In this document: positions 1 through 9,309 of the stretch, piece by piece | Layout: each line of letters opens with the position of its first letter | Numbering within the stretch: position 1 is the first letter of the stretch | IMG/VR virus record: IMGVR_UViG_3300028384_001500 | Coordinates: 62,001-126,000 of that record | Direction: 5' to 3' (one strand) | Length of the DNA stretch: 64,000 nt | The notes under the pieces: model-generated | Databases searched by the model: none | Seen by the model: the letters and a program-made list of their open reading frames with translations, nothing else | Told to the model about the DNA's origin: nothing | Position numbers and translations under genes: made by a program

Positions 1-527
1 TCTTCTGGACCTAGGTCAGAAGGTAGTGCCTCAATTGTTTTTTCTGTGCCTCTTTTCTTTTTTCTAACGCGAATTCCTGATTGATTAGAAATAGATTCTG
101 CTATAAGATCAAAATCAGATATTTTTGTTTTCTTAGAGATGCTAAATCCTTCAAAGAGTGTATTAGTGTCTTCCTCTCTATCGATTGCTTCATCTAAGAT
201 TACGTGAAGTTTTCTGTAAAAAAATTCTACTTGTGATATAGGCACTTCTTTACATATGACAGATGCTGCAGCGCATAATTCATTGATTGTACCGGGCACA
301 TATTCTTCATCCTCGACAGGAGGTGTTTCAATAGACAACTGGGTTGCCATATGTGATGATGGTTTAATTGGATTATCTTCCTCGTAAAAACCAAAGGGGT
401 CAGAGTTTGGAGACTGGACGTTAAAAGGGTGAATCATTCTACCACCTGTCCCATCATTACCTCTATTTTCATTTAGGCGCTTTTTTAATATATTAAAAAG
501 AACACTTTTTTTAACAGCAACTTTCAT
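1..527 (-). CDS. Hypothetical late protein, partial (runs off the left edge); N-terminus MKVAVKKSVLFNILKKRLNEN resembles the shared leader
   Basis: Not in the ORF track. Hand translation gives ATG at 527 with GAGG RBS at about 533-538, no stop seen in the part translated, and an ATAATTA motif at 555-561. Confidence 0.75.
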   Translation of the reverse strand, partial: MKVAVKKSVLFNILKKRLNENRGNDGTGGRMIHPFNVQSPNSDPFGFYEEDNPIKPSSHMATQLSIETPPVEDEEYVPGTINELCAAASVICKEVPISQVEFFYRKLHVILDEAIDREEDTNTLFEGFSISKKTKISDFDLIAESISNQSGIRVRKKKRGTEKTIEALPSDLGPE

Positions 528-571
528 GTAAACCTCACTTAAAACTATCTTTATTAATTATCAAAGAAAAA

Positions 572-967
572 TTAATTTTGATTTACAGAATATGTAATTC
601 CTATTGTAACGGCACTGCCAAGTGCAAAACCGCCTATAAAGGCAGCACGCTGGATCCAATCTTTTCTTGCCTGAATTTTTAACTCTTCGTCTCTATTTTC
701 TAACATTTTTTTATACATGTCTTCATTTGCTTGACATGTTATTGCATAAAGATCATATTTTAAATTTAATTCATCAGCAAGTTTTTGAACTTGATATTCT
801 CTTTCTAGATCAGCATTAAGTAACTCGCTTTCATGTGTAGCAATAATTCCTGCCAGTGCATCATGTGTAATTAGTTTTCCGGAAAAAGGTGCTGACTCAC
901 CTTTTTCTAATGTAATAAAATCAACACTTGCTGCCCAAAGTGTCCCAATCAAAGCATATAAAAACAT
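572..967 (-). CDS. Putative spanin-like or envelope protein: signal peptide, coiled coil, C-terminal TM helix
   Basis: Hydrophobic N-terminus, LEKGESAPFSGKL motif, C-terminal AAFIGGFALGSAVTIGITY; follows a holin-like and an i-spanin-like gene. Confidence 0.4.
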   Translation of the reverse strand: MFLYALIGTLWAASVDFITLEKGESAPFSGKLITHDALAGIIATHESELLNADLEREYQVQKLADELNLKYDLYAITCQANEDMYKKMLENRDEELKIQARKDWIQRAAFIGGFALGSAVTIGITYSVNQN

Positions 968-1305
968 TATTCCCCCTTTAAACTGTATTTCTCCTTTAAG
1001 ATTTTATCAAGTTCTTCAGGATTGTTTTCTAATTCTTTTTGACGTTCTTCTTTATTTTCAGCGATTTTTTCAATATCTTCACGAAATTTCTCTTCCGCTT
1101 CTGATCGCTTAGATATAAATTCTTTGTAAGACTTTTTCTGCTCTTCATTAACTTTCTGATCGCGTTCTGCTTTAGCCTTACTGTCACCTTTTTCTACCTT
1201 TTCTATACTATCTCTTTTTTTGGAAGCAGCAATTGCAATAATTGCAAGTATGCCGCCGATAATCCACTGCCATTGATCTTTTAGCCAATTCATTAGCCTT
1301 TCCAT
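967..1305 (-). CDS. Putative i-spanin (Rz-like): single N-terminal TM followed by a charged coiled coil
   Basis: WQWIIGGILAIIAIAA then a K/E-rich helix; overlaps its neighbours. Confidence 0.45.
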   Translation of the reverse strand: MERLMNWLKDQWQWIIGGILAIIAIAASKKRDSIEKVEKGDSKAKAERDQKVNEEQKKSYKEFISKRSEAEEKFREDIEKIAENKEERQKELENNPEELDKILKEKYSLKGE

Positions 1306-1562
1306 ATTTTTGCAAAATCAATTGCAGATTGGCCACCAATATACATCATAGCAATCATTCCCCAGGTATCAGCATCTAGCCCTGAGTAAACTAAAAGTGC
1401 TGTTGCTGTGGCAAATACTAATAATTTTCTAGATATTACTTTTTCTTGTAGCCCATCTAACAAGCCTTTTGACTTACTTTCAAGATAAAAGTCTTTTTTG
1501 AATTTTTCTACCTTATCTTCAGGTAACTTATTAACTGCTTCTTTAATTTCTTCTAAGCTCAT
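1293..1562 (-). CDS. Putative holin (2 TM)
   Basis: SRKLLVFATATALLVY...WGMIAMMYIGGQSAID pattern typical of small phage holins. Confidence 0.55.
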   Translation of the reverse strand: MSLEEIKEAVNKLPEDKVEKFKKDFYLESKSKGLLDGLQEKVISRKLLVFATATALLVYSGLDADTWGMIAMMYIGGQSAIDFAKIWKG

Positions 1563-1563
1563 G

Positions 1564-1833
1564 CTAATCCTCGTCTTCTATCATATTAAATATACTTTCA
1601 ACATCTGATTTACTAAAACTTTTATTTGATTTTTGCTTCTTTTCTTCGACAACATCATCTAAAAACTTTAACATTTTATTGTCTTCAATTTCAATTCTCT
1701 TTGCAAAAGCTTCAACAACTTCTTGCATTGATAGGCTTCTTGCTGCACAAGCCATTTTTAGAGCTGTGTGGCTGTCTTTTGTCAGGCTAAAATGAACTGA
1801 CTTTTTAACAAGAACATTATATTTTGAAGACAT
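1564..1833 (-). CDS. Ribbon-helix-helix DNA-binding protein
   Basis: KSVHFSL beta strand, helix HTALKMACAARS, then LSMQEVVEAF. Confidence 0.6.
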   Translation of the reverse strand: MSSKYNVLVKKSVHFSLTKDSHTALKMACAARSLSMQEVVEAFAKRIEIEDNKMLKFLDDVVEEKKQKSNKSFSKSDVESIFNMIEDED

Positions 1834-1834
1834 A

Positions 1835-2440
1835 TTAACCCCCTACAGATCCTGCGCCGGCAGGATTTGCACCCACAGCTAATGGTACATCTTCTGCATA
1901 ATCTACGTCAAACTCTTCAACAGTAATACCAAATTGTTCTTCAAGGATATCTAGATAGGCTGATACAAATCTATCACCATAGTTTTCATCAAGAAAGTTT
2001 TTTGCTCTATTGACAATTGCAGTCTCTACATCTAAAAGTTTTCGATAATTCATAATTAATCTTGCAACTTTAATTGTAAACTTATCAATGTCTAAGTCAG
2101 GAACTCTTTCTTTTTCGGCAGCGTCAGCCGTCATTTCTTCTGATCCGGAAGGTTCTGTTACACCGGCATCATCCTCAATAGGCTCTTCTGCCGGTTCTTC
2201 TTCAGCGCCTTCTTCTTGTTCTAAGAGCATTCGAAGAGATCCTTTAAATAACGCTTCCATCAAGGCATCTTCTTCGTCTCTGATTGCTCTTTTTTCATAC
2301 AATAAGATTAAGGAGTCAATTTGGTCATCGACACTGTCAGCTGACTTTCTAGCTTTTGCATCACCTGAAGATTTCACTTTGCCTTCTGGCGCGTCTTTTG
2401 ACTCTTCATCTTGTTCAAATAAAAACTTTGTTAAGTTCAT
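1835..2440 (-). CDS. Acidic hypothetical protein, possible prohead core/scaffold
   Basis: Several L-x-E sites (LFEQ, LMEA, LLEQ, ILEE) and E/D-rich linkers; late operon context. Confidence 0.35.
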   Translation of the reverse strand: MNLTKFLFEQDEESKDAPEGKVKSSGDAKARKSADSVDDQIDSLILLYEKRAIRDEEDALMEALFKGSLRMLLEQEEGAEEEPAEEPIEDDAGVTEPSGSEEMTADAAEKERVPDLDIDKFTIKVARLIMNYRKLLDVETAIVNRAKNFLDENYGDRFVSAYLDILEEQFGITVEEFDVDYAEDVPLAVGANPAGAGSVGG

Positions 2441-2441
2441 T

Positions 2442-3119
2442 TTAACTCCTTAAAACTTGAATAATTTTATCTGCCTTTGCGATTCTTTCTTCAATAACAG
2501 GCCATCTTAAAAGCTTCATCATGGCACGTGTATATGTATCTACGTCTTTTAAATAGTCTCTATAATAAGCGTGTTGCCATGCGTCCATTACAATAATAGG
2601 ATAAGAACCAAAAGGGACGTTGTTTGTGTGTAAGTCTACAACTGCATTCATGTATGTTTGGGTATAAGTGTTTAGATAAGTTATTGCCCATCCGCATTGA
2701 GAAGCAGACATACAAGCCATAAAATCTTTTTGCCATGCATCAAAACTACCAAAGTCTCTTGCTAATCTCATGTATGCAAGCGAGTCCATTTTTATTTCTG
2801 AATGAGGATCACCAATATTTGAAAAATACAGCTCATGAAGATAAACACCATTCATATTAAAGGCTTCATCAAGCTTTAAAGAGCGAAATTCTGAGTGATT
2901 GCAGTTAACGTTTGATTTGTCAACTGTGTCTAACTTTGCACTAATTTTATTAAAGTTTTTTAAGTAACCTTGATAAAGTTCAACGTGATTTTGAAAATTA
3001 TCTTTACTTAAAAAGTCAGAGTTAAAAGTAAAAGACTTTTCTTGCGCGCTTAATGCTTCATTAAGATTTAATGTTTCTTTGATAATTTCTTTTGCTTTTT
3101 TACTAAAAAGATCTTTCAT
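2442..3119 (-). CDS. sod: Fe/Mn superoxide dismutase
   Basis: Ligands NHVELY, LHELYF, D-A-W-Q-H-A-Y-Y; FGSFDAW and GWA motifs. Confidence 0.9.
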   Translation of the reverse strand: MKDLFSKKAKEIIKETLNLNEALSAQEKSFTFNSDFLSKDNFQNHVELYQGYLKNFNKISAKLDTVDKSNVNCNHSEFRSLKLDEAFNMNGVYLHELYFSNIGDPHSEIKMDSLAYMRLARDFGSFDAWQKDFMACMSASQCGWAITYLNTYTQTYMNAVVDLHTNNVPFGSYPIIVMDAWQHAYYRDYLKDVDTYTRAMMKLLRWPVIEERIAKADKIIQVLRS

Positions 3120-3359
3120 TTAAACTGCCTCGTATTCACTAAACTCTTTTTCAGGTATTTGAACATAAACTTTTTTATTGTCACCTGGCTTACTATAATA
3201 TCTATAAGCAATAATTAAAGGTTTGCCGTTTTCAAAAGTAATTTTTTTAATTGTATATTCTATTTTTGTAGGCTTATGTCTTATTAAAAGATGATTAGAC
3301 AACATTGAAATTGTCTTTCCCTTCTTTTTTGTAATACCTTTTTTTAAATTTTCTTTCAT
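3120..3359 (-). CDS. Hypothetical protein
   Basis: ORF abutting sod; ATAATTA motif upstream. Confidence 0.6.
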   Translation of the reverse strand: MKENLKKGITKKKGKTISMLSNHLLIRHKPTKIEYTIKKITFENGKPLIIAYRYYSKPGDNKKVYVQIPEKEFSEYEAV

Positions 3360-3399
3360 AGTAGAGTCTCAATAGATAATATAATTATCGATGATTTAA

Positions 3400-3816
3400 T
3401 CAAACATCACTTAATTTTTTTACTTCTACGCCGCACCCTTTTAATATCTCAATACCTGTCATATCTGGTTCATAGTCTTTTATGTACAAAACTTTGTCAA
3501 TCCCAGCGTTAACAATACATTTTGCGCAAACAGGGCATGGAGAATGTGTTAGATACATTTTCTTTTTCTTTGGGTTATTAAAATCACACTTAATAAGCGC
3601 GTTAACTTCGGCGTGTATAAATCCGCTTCTTCCTGTTTCTAAACTATCACGCTGATTAGGGCCGCCTTTATGATCACCGTTATATCCAAGTGCTAAAACT
3701 TGCGTATTGTCCTCAGTTACAATAACAGCGCCCACTTGAAACTTTTGATCAGGTGAGCGCTTGGAAATGTTTGTAACAAATTCGGACCAAATTGAATTCC
3801 AATCAGGTCTATTCAT
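3400..3816 (-). CDS. dCMP deaminase
   Basis: HAE and PCPVC zinc motifs, VGAVIV, GYNG. Confidence 0.92.
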   Translation of the reverse strand: MNRPDWNSIWSEFVTNISKRSPDQKFQVGAVIVTEDNTQVLALGYNGDHKGGPNQRDSLETGRSGFIHAEVNALIKCDFNNPKKKKMYLTHSPCPVCAKCIVNAGIDKVLYIKDYEPDMTGIEILKGCGVEVKKLSDV

Positions 3817-3819
3817 TCT

Positions 3820-4659
3820 TTACTCCTTGTCAAAAAGGTCCTCAATTTTAAAGTCTCCAGGCAAAGTAAATCCAGCAGCTTTTTTATGACCACCTCCACC
3901 AAAGCGCTTAGATACTTCAGAAACATCAATGTGCTCATGAAATGCTCTTAAACTAACCTTGATCATTTTATCATTATGATCATAATACCAAATAAGTGCA
4001 TAATCACAATCAGGAGACAACTTAGCGCCAATTTCACTCATCCAATGAGATGAGTTAACTACCATTACGTGCTTACCGCCAATTTTTCTGCTAGCTGCCT
4101 TGTCACATACTTTTTTAATAACAGTCTTTGAGTAGGCAAGAATATAACTACCTCTTTTAACAGCATCATCAAAGACACTGTCATCTTCAAACTTCTCAAA
4201 CTCTTCAAACTCAAAAGGTACCATATCAAATGCTGCACTAAACTCTTTTGAGTAGGGCAGTTCCCATCTCCAAAGGTCTCTGTCTGTAATATACTGAATA
4301 AACTTTGGTGCTTCTTTGCCGGGGTGAAAAAATTCCCATGCCATTGTTGCTCCGCTTTTATTCATGTCAAAAATTGTATTTGATATATCATGAAGTTCTA
4401 CAACAGCAGACTTGTGATGATCGATCACAAGCAACTCTTTTGCTTCTTCGATCATCTTTTTTGTTGTTGCGTTGTTAAATGAAAAATCTAGTATCACCAC
4501 AGTCTTACCTTTGACGTCTGGTGGCTCTTGACCGTGTTTGCAAGGATAATACTCAGCTCTGTTACCAAGAAGCTTCCAAGCTGAATACGCAGATCCGAAT
4601 CCATCAGTACAATTTGCATGATAAATAACACAGTTAACACTTGAAGGGTCTAACATCAT
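3820..4659 (-). CDS. DHH/DHHA1 phosphoesterase (NrnB/oligoribonuclease-like)
   Basis: YHANCTDG, ILDFS, IDHH, DRDLW, GGGGHKKAAG. Confidence 0.88.
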   Translation of the reverse strand: MMLDPSSVNCVIYHANCTDGFGSAYSAWKLLGNRAEYYPCKHGQEPPDVKGKTVVILDFSFNNATTKKMIEEAKELLVIDHHKSAVVELHDISNTIFDMNKSGATMAWEFFHPGKEAPKFIQYITDRDLWRWELPYSKEFSAAFDMVPFEFEEFEKFEDDSVFDDAVKRGSYILAYSKTVIKKVCDKAASRKIGGKHVMVVNSSHWMSEIGAKLSPDCDYALIWYYDHNDKMIKVSLRAFHEHIDVSEVSKRFGGGGHKKAAGFTLPGDFKIEDLFDKE

Positions 4660-4670
4660 TCTCTCCTGAT

Positions 4671-5249
4671 TTAGTCTCTCATATAATTATGGTGTAATTG
4701 ACATCTTGCTTCATAAAGTTCTGACCCACCTACTTGAATTTGATTATTACCTTTTGTGTTTGAAAGACTGTTTTGTGTTTTTCTTGCTGTGTACCTCGCA
4801 TCAGACTGACACACAGTACACACTGCAGTACATTTTTCTATTTTTGTACAATAAGGCATAATGTTTTTTACCTCCTCAAAAGGTTCTCCCGTGAAGGAAA
4901 GGTCGATAGAAGCTACAATTACATTATAACCTTTTTTAAAAAGTTTTACACAAGCCTCAGCACCATTTTGAATTAAAAACAACTCGTCAATAATAACACT
5001 GTCTATTTCAGATAACTCTTCTAATTCAACAATCTTGTTTATGATTTCATCGCCTGACGACACTAGATGCGCCGGCAATTTATTAAAGTTATGTGTAACT
5101 ATTTCTCCAAACTCAGAATATCGATCATCCATTCTAGACTTAAAAGAAACAATTTTTTGTTTTTGATATTGACGCTTATCAGCCTCCATCAAAAGCCTAG
5201 TTGTTTTTGAACTAAACATAGGACCGGTATACAAAATCAATTCAGTCAT
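4671..5249 (-). CDS. tdk: Thymidine kinase
   Basis: GPMFSSKTT Walker A, IDE, AVCTVC and QVGGSELYEARC zinc lasso. Confidence 0.93.
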   Translation of the reverse strand: MTELILYTGPMFSSKTTRLLMEADKRQYQKQKIVSFKSRMDDRYSEFGEIVTHNFNKLPAHLVSSGDEIINKIVELEELSEIDSVIIDELFLIQNGAEACVKLFKKGYNVIVASIDLSFTGEPFEEVKNIMPYCTKIEKCTAVCTVCQSDARYTARKTQNSLSNTKGNNQIQVGGSELYEARCQLHHNYMRD

Positions 5250-6258
5250 CTAACCCCCACCATTTATAAGTTCTTTCCATTCCTTCCCAAAAGTGCACCA
5301 AAGGCTCATAACCAAAGTCTTTATTGGCTTTTTTCCAGCTAGCTAATGTGTGTTTTACATCACCAGGCCGCTCAGGAGCATGTTTTACTTTGACTTTATC
5401 GCCAAAGCGCTCTTTCATTGCATCAAGTATTTCGTTATTTGATACAAATTGTCTACAAGCAATATTATAGCAGTCGCCTTTAAAAGACTTTTTTGACATG
5501 GCTGCCAGAATGTTAGCACTTACAATATTGTCAATATAGCACATATCACGTGTTTGCTCACCATCTCCATCAGATCTACATTCCAATCCGTTAGCAATTG
5601 CGTGACACCATGCTGATACTGCCGTTGAATATGGGCTGTCTCCATATTGCCCAGGCCCAAAAACATTAAAGTATCTAAGGCAAACAATATCTAAGTTATA
5701 AAGCTTACATGCCATTTTTGAAAAATCTTCAATTGCTGATTTTTGCCAGGCATAAGGCGACTTTGGATCTTTTGGGTGTGTTTCAGGCGTTGGTAATACA
5801 TCAGCTCCTCCGTATACAGACGAAGAAGAAGCCCAAACAATTCTATCTACACATCCCCTTGCTGCTTCAAAAAGCTTTATAGTTTTTCCGATATTAACAT
5901 CTGTTGTATGATAAGGTTGCTCTACAGAGTAGCTCACACGCGGTACAGCTGCTTGATGAAACACAACGTCGTACATTCCTTGCATAATCGCATTGCAAGT
6001 ATTGTCATTTGCAAAGTCATCCTCAATTACCAATACTTCATCTTGTGGACGGTCTTTTCCTTCTTTTGATAATGCATATTGGTATGCATCATAAAAACTT
6101 CCGTTAGGTATCATTCTTGTGTTTAGTCCGTCAAGTAACTCATAATGACCATTTGACATGTCATCAACAATATCTACTTGCCAACCTTTTTTAACCAGTG
6201 CTTTTGTGAGATTACTACCAATAAAACCACACCCACCTGTTACTAAAGCTTTTTTCAT
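5242..6258 (-). CDS. NAD-dependent NDP-sugar epimerase/dehydratase (extended SDR)
   Basis: TGGCGFIG, HQAA, SSSSVYG, YAWQK (YxxxK), LRYFNVFGP, RPGDVKH. Confidence 0.92.
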   Translation of the reverse strand: MKKALVTGGCGFIGSNLTKALVKKGWQVDIVDDMSNGHYELLDGLNTRMIPNGSFYDAYQYALSKEGKDRPQDEVLVIEDDFANDNTCNAIMQGMYDVVFHQAAVPRVSYSVEQPYHTTDVNIGKTIKLFEAARGCVDRIVWASSSSVYGGADVLPTPETHPKDPKSPYAWQKSAIEDFSKMACKLYNLDIVCLRYFNVFGPGQYGDSPYSTAVSAWCHAIANGLECRSDGDGEQTRDMCYIDNIVSANILAAMSKKSFKGDCYNIACRQFVSNNEILDAMKERFGDKVKVKHAPERPGDVKHTLASWKKANKDFGYEPLVHFWEGMERTYKWWGLDD

Positions 6259-6323
6259 ATATTCTCCTTAACATAGTTATTATAACCAGTCAGTTAAGTT
6301 TTTATAAATAATATACTTATTGT

Positions 6324-8051
6324 CTATCTTAATTTAGGGCGAAGTTTGTCAATTAATCCTTCGACACTTTCTGAAGGGATAAATCTTTTATTTAAAAAAT
6401 ACCCTAGTGAATTATATGCTGCCATGGCATGTTCTTTATCAACTTTTTTAAAAGCTTCAATGAGAACAAGAAACATGGCATATTCGCCGGGTTTAGTTAC
6501 ACCGTCCATCCCATATGTTAAATTAGCCATAGATACAATTAACTCACTTAAAGCCTTACTGGCATTGCGCATGTACCTCATTACGACAGAAAGAAGCCTG
6601 TTATTATTCACAGCGTTAATAATTGCATTAGCTGGTTTGACTCCGCTATTAATTTTGTTTGCTGCTTCTTTTCCAGCTTTTTCAGACTCCCGACCAAATA
6701 TGTAGTATAATTCATTGCTTAAAACTCTTATGGTTTCTTTTTCGCCTAGTTTTTTAAGTACTGGCAGTACTCTATTTGCAAAAGAAAGAATGTCAACGCT
6801 GTCTTTCCTAAGTTTAACTATAGACAACAATTCAGCAATTATTGTTGCGGTAATATTAAAACTGCCTGTGGATTGGTAAAGGCCTTTTGTTTTTTTAACA
6901 AACTGTGGAGAAATTCTTAATTCTAACAATGCGCCTCCAAGGGTTTCAACATCGGCACTTTTGTACTTTGCACGAATTATTTCCCGTGCCTTTTCTTTTG
7001 CCCTATTGCCTATTATTGTCTCTTGTCCAAACCTATCACCTAGTATTGCATCATCAAATACGTCATCAAACTCAATTACATTTATAATGCCTTGCAAAGT
7101 AGAAGCAGTTGACAGTGCTTTTTCAAAAAACAAAATTTCTAGTGCATATTTTTTATACTGGTCTTCTGTTGTGCCGTCAACGACGCTAAAAGATGACAAC
7201 ACTTTTTGCTTAAGATAGTGATATCCTTCCTCTTGAATGACGTCAGCGTTTATTTTTATATATTTTTTGAGTCCTTGATATCTTTTTAAGAAAACTTCAA
7301 CGTTTGACAGTTCTAGCTCTGTTAGCCCGATACCCTTTGAACGGTCTCTTAGATTGTTGCTTATAAACTTACCTGGCCGGGCAGTTGTTGTCGCGGATCT
7401 TTTTAATACATTTTTAATGCTAGACTTATCTATTCTTTTCCAGTTTACATTTTTTATTGTACCTGCGGCTTGAATTTCATCAACTGTTGTATGTGCAACA
7501 GGAAAGGTGTTTGCATCATCAAATATTAGACAAACGTACCCGTCATTACTACCTCTAAATAACATACCAACGATATCATTCATTAAAAAAACTGATAATA
7601 CTTTTGCCCACCCACCGCTTAACACGTCTTTTTCTGGTAACGACGCGTCAAGAAGATGCGCGTTTTTAGAATTTTCAATATCACTAATTTGAGTTCGCAC
7701 GTTTTGCATTTTTTCTAACTGTTGTCTTACTGTCAAAACTTTTCCATGAACTAGTTTGCATGTGTCTTCGTTCAATGCAAGAAAATTGTTTAAATTTGTT
7801 TTAAACTTGTAAACGTAAGGACCATAACTACCTGTACCTGTATTGGAAACAAACAGATCTTTGTCATCATACACAGTGTAAAGACCCATACCGTAAAGTC
7901 CACCGGCACCTCCACCAGGTTGAAAACCGCCAGAATTGTAGCTTTTAATCAGCTCAACTGGAGGTGTTCTAGACCCATGGTAAACTATTGCTGTTTTGCC
8001 GTAAATCGCTTCATTTATTAATTTTCTTAATTGTTTTCTTTCAAGTATCAT
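6324..8051 (-). CDS. Leader-bearing protein with an N-terminal ADP-ribosyltransferase-like domain
   Basis: Start revised to the ATG at 8051 (AAGGA RBS). MILERKQLRKLINEA leader, then VYHGS...GGLYGMGLYT...YGPYVY, the H-Y type ART signature. Confidence 0.6.
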   Translation of the reverse strand: MILERKQLRKLINEAIYGKTAIVYHGSRTPPVELIKSYNSGGFQPGGGAGGLYGMGLYTVYDDKDLFVSNTGTGSYGPYVYKFKTNLNNFLALNEDTCKLVHGKVLTVRQQLEKMQNVRTQISDIENSKNAHLLDASLPEKDVLSGGWAKVLSVFLMNDIVGMLFRGSNDGYVCLIFDDANTFPVAHTTVDEIQAAGTIKNVNWKRIDKSSIKNVLKRSATTTARPGKFISNNLRDRSKGIGLTELELSNVEVFLKRYQGLKKYIKINADVIQEEGYHYLKQKVLSSFSVVDGTTEDQYKKYALEILFFEKALSTASTLQGIINVIEFDDVFDDAILGDRFGQETIIGNRAKEKAREIIRAKYKSADVETLGGALLELRISPQFVKKTKGLYQSTGSFNITATIIAELLSIVKLRKDSVDILSFANRVLPVLKKLGEKETIRVLSNELYYIFGRESEKAGKEAANKINSGVKPANAIINAVNNNRLLSVVMRYMRNASKALSELIVSMANLTYGMDGVTKPGEYAMFLVLIEAFKKVDKEHAMAAYNSLGYFLNKRFIPSESVEGLIDKLRPKLR

Positions 8052-8107
8052 AAGATAATCAATCCTTTTTTTATACATATCTTACACAACTTAAACTTTA
8101 ACCTAAT

Positions 8108-8662
8108 TTACAACACTACTTCGATATCACTAGCGTCAATGCCTGTACTATATATTACTTTATCTCTACCTTCTAGTCCTTTAATCTCCATAAGAAACCA
8201 GAAACCTGCAACATTACCTTCCAGTGCTTTAACAATATCAGCAACTGCAACTGCCGTTCCACCTGTCGCTAGAACATCATCAACAATAAGAATGTTTTCA
8301 TCAGTCCTGATATCATCTTTGTGGATCTCAACTCTATCTTTGCCGTATTCTAGGCCATAATCTTGATGCACAACATCGCGAGGCAACTTTCCTGCTTTCC
8401 TAGCAAGTACTAGGGGTAAACCGGTTTCGTACGCAAGAAGTGATCCAAAGAGAAAACCTCGTGACTCTATTGCAACAATTTTGTCAAAGGCGCGGCCGCT
8501 GTTTTTAATAAAACGTGCTTGTGCCTTAATTAGATTTTTAAGCTCACTTTGATCTTGCAATAAGGGTGTAATATCTTTAAATGTAATTCCTGGCTTTGGA
8601 AAATCAGGTACATCAATAATTAGTTTTTGAATTCTTTTTAACATAAAATCGTATTCGCTCAT
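8108..8662 (-). CDS. apt: Adenine phosphoribosyltransferase
   Basis: DFPKPGITFKDITPLL, IESRGF, RKAGKLP, LEYG, ILIVDDVLATGGT. Confidence 0.95.
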   Translation of the reverse strand: MSEYDFMLKRIQKLIIDVPDFPKPGITFKDITPLLQDQSELKNLIKAQARFIKNSGRAFDKIVAIESRGFLFGSLLAYETGLPLVLARKAGKLPRDVVHQDYGLEYGKDRVEIHKDDIRTDENILIVDDVLATGGTAVAVADIVKALEGNVAGFWFLMEIKGLEGRDKVIYSTGIDASDIEVVL

Positions 8663-8892
8663 TTTTTCTTTTTCCTTCCTCGCTTTTTAGGTTGAGGTTT
8701 TACCTTTTTCTTTTCTGGTATTTTTATATGATTTTTATGGATTTCAAGGTGAAGACAAAAGTCTTTTCCCTCTGTTGTTGATTTAAAAACAATCCATCCT
8801 TCTGCATCACAAGAGATAACTTCGTGTTTTTTAAATCGCTTGCCAATTTTAACAGAAACTTTGTCACCTTTTTCTGGATAAACTAGTTTCAT
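8659..8892 (-). CDS. Hypothetical small basic protein
   Basis: Overlaps dut and apt; SH3-like beta pattern with a basic tail. Confidence 0.6.
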   Translation of the reverse strand: MKLVYPEKGDKVSVKIGKRFKKHEVISCDAEGWIVFKSTTEGKDFCLHLEIHKNHIKIPEKKKVKPQPKKRGRKKKK

Positions 8893-9308
8893 TGCCCGGT
8901 GCTTCCGTATCCACCTGTACCACGTTCAGTTGGTGTTAACTCGTCTACCTCAACAAAGTCAATCCTAGGATAAGGCATAATAATTAACTGACCTATTCGA
9001 TCTCCAATTTGATATTCATTACGATTTGCAGACAAAGAAAACTTCATCATAATTTCGCCTCTGTATCCACTGTCAATTACTCCTACACAATTTGTTAGTG
9101 ACTGGCCAGTTTTGTACACAGATGATCGTGGAAAGAGTAAACCAACGTGCCATGGAGGTATTTCAACTGCTAATCCGGTGTGATATGTAAAACAACCATA
9201 TTGGTCTGTTGTTACATCTATTGCTGTTAGGTCCATTCCAGCGTCACCTCGTTTTGCGTATTTTGGAATAACTGCATCTTTGTGTAGTTTTTTAATGCTT
9301 ACTTTCAA
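8889..9308 (-). CDS. dut: Trimeric dUTPase
   Basis: DAGMDL, PRSS, GVIDSGYRGEI, RGTGGYGSTG; TTG start. Confidence 0.96.
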   Translation of the reverse strand: MKVSIKKLHKDAVIPKYAKRGDAGMDLTAIDVTTDQYGCFTYHTGLAVEIPPWHVGLLFPRSSVYKTGQSLTNCVGVIDSGYRGEIMMKFSLSANRNEYQIGDRIGQLIIMPYPRIDFVEVDELTPTERGTGGYGSTGQ

Positions 9309-9309
9309 T

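Noticed and set aside
8052-8078. ORF-track starts at 8078, 25174, 40691 and 62916
   Set aside because: Better starts with an RBS exist at 8051, 25162 and 40640; the 62916 extension overlaps the chaperone and is better explained by a frameshift
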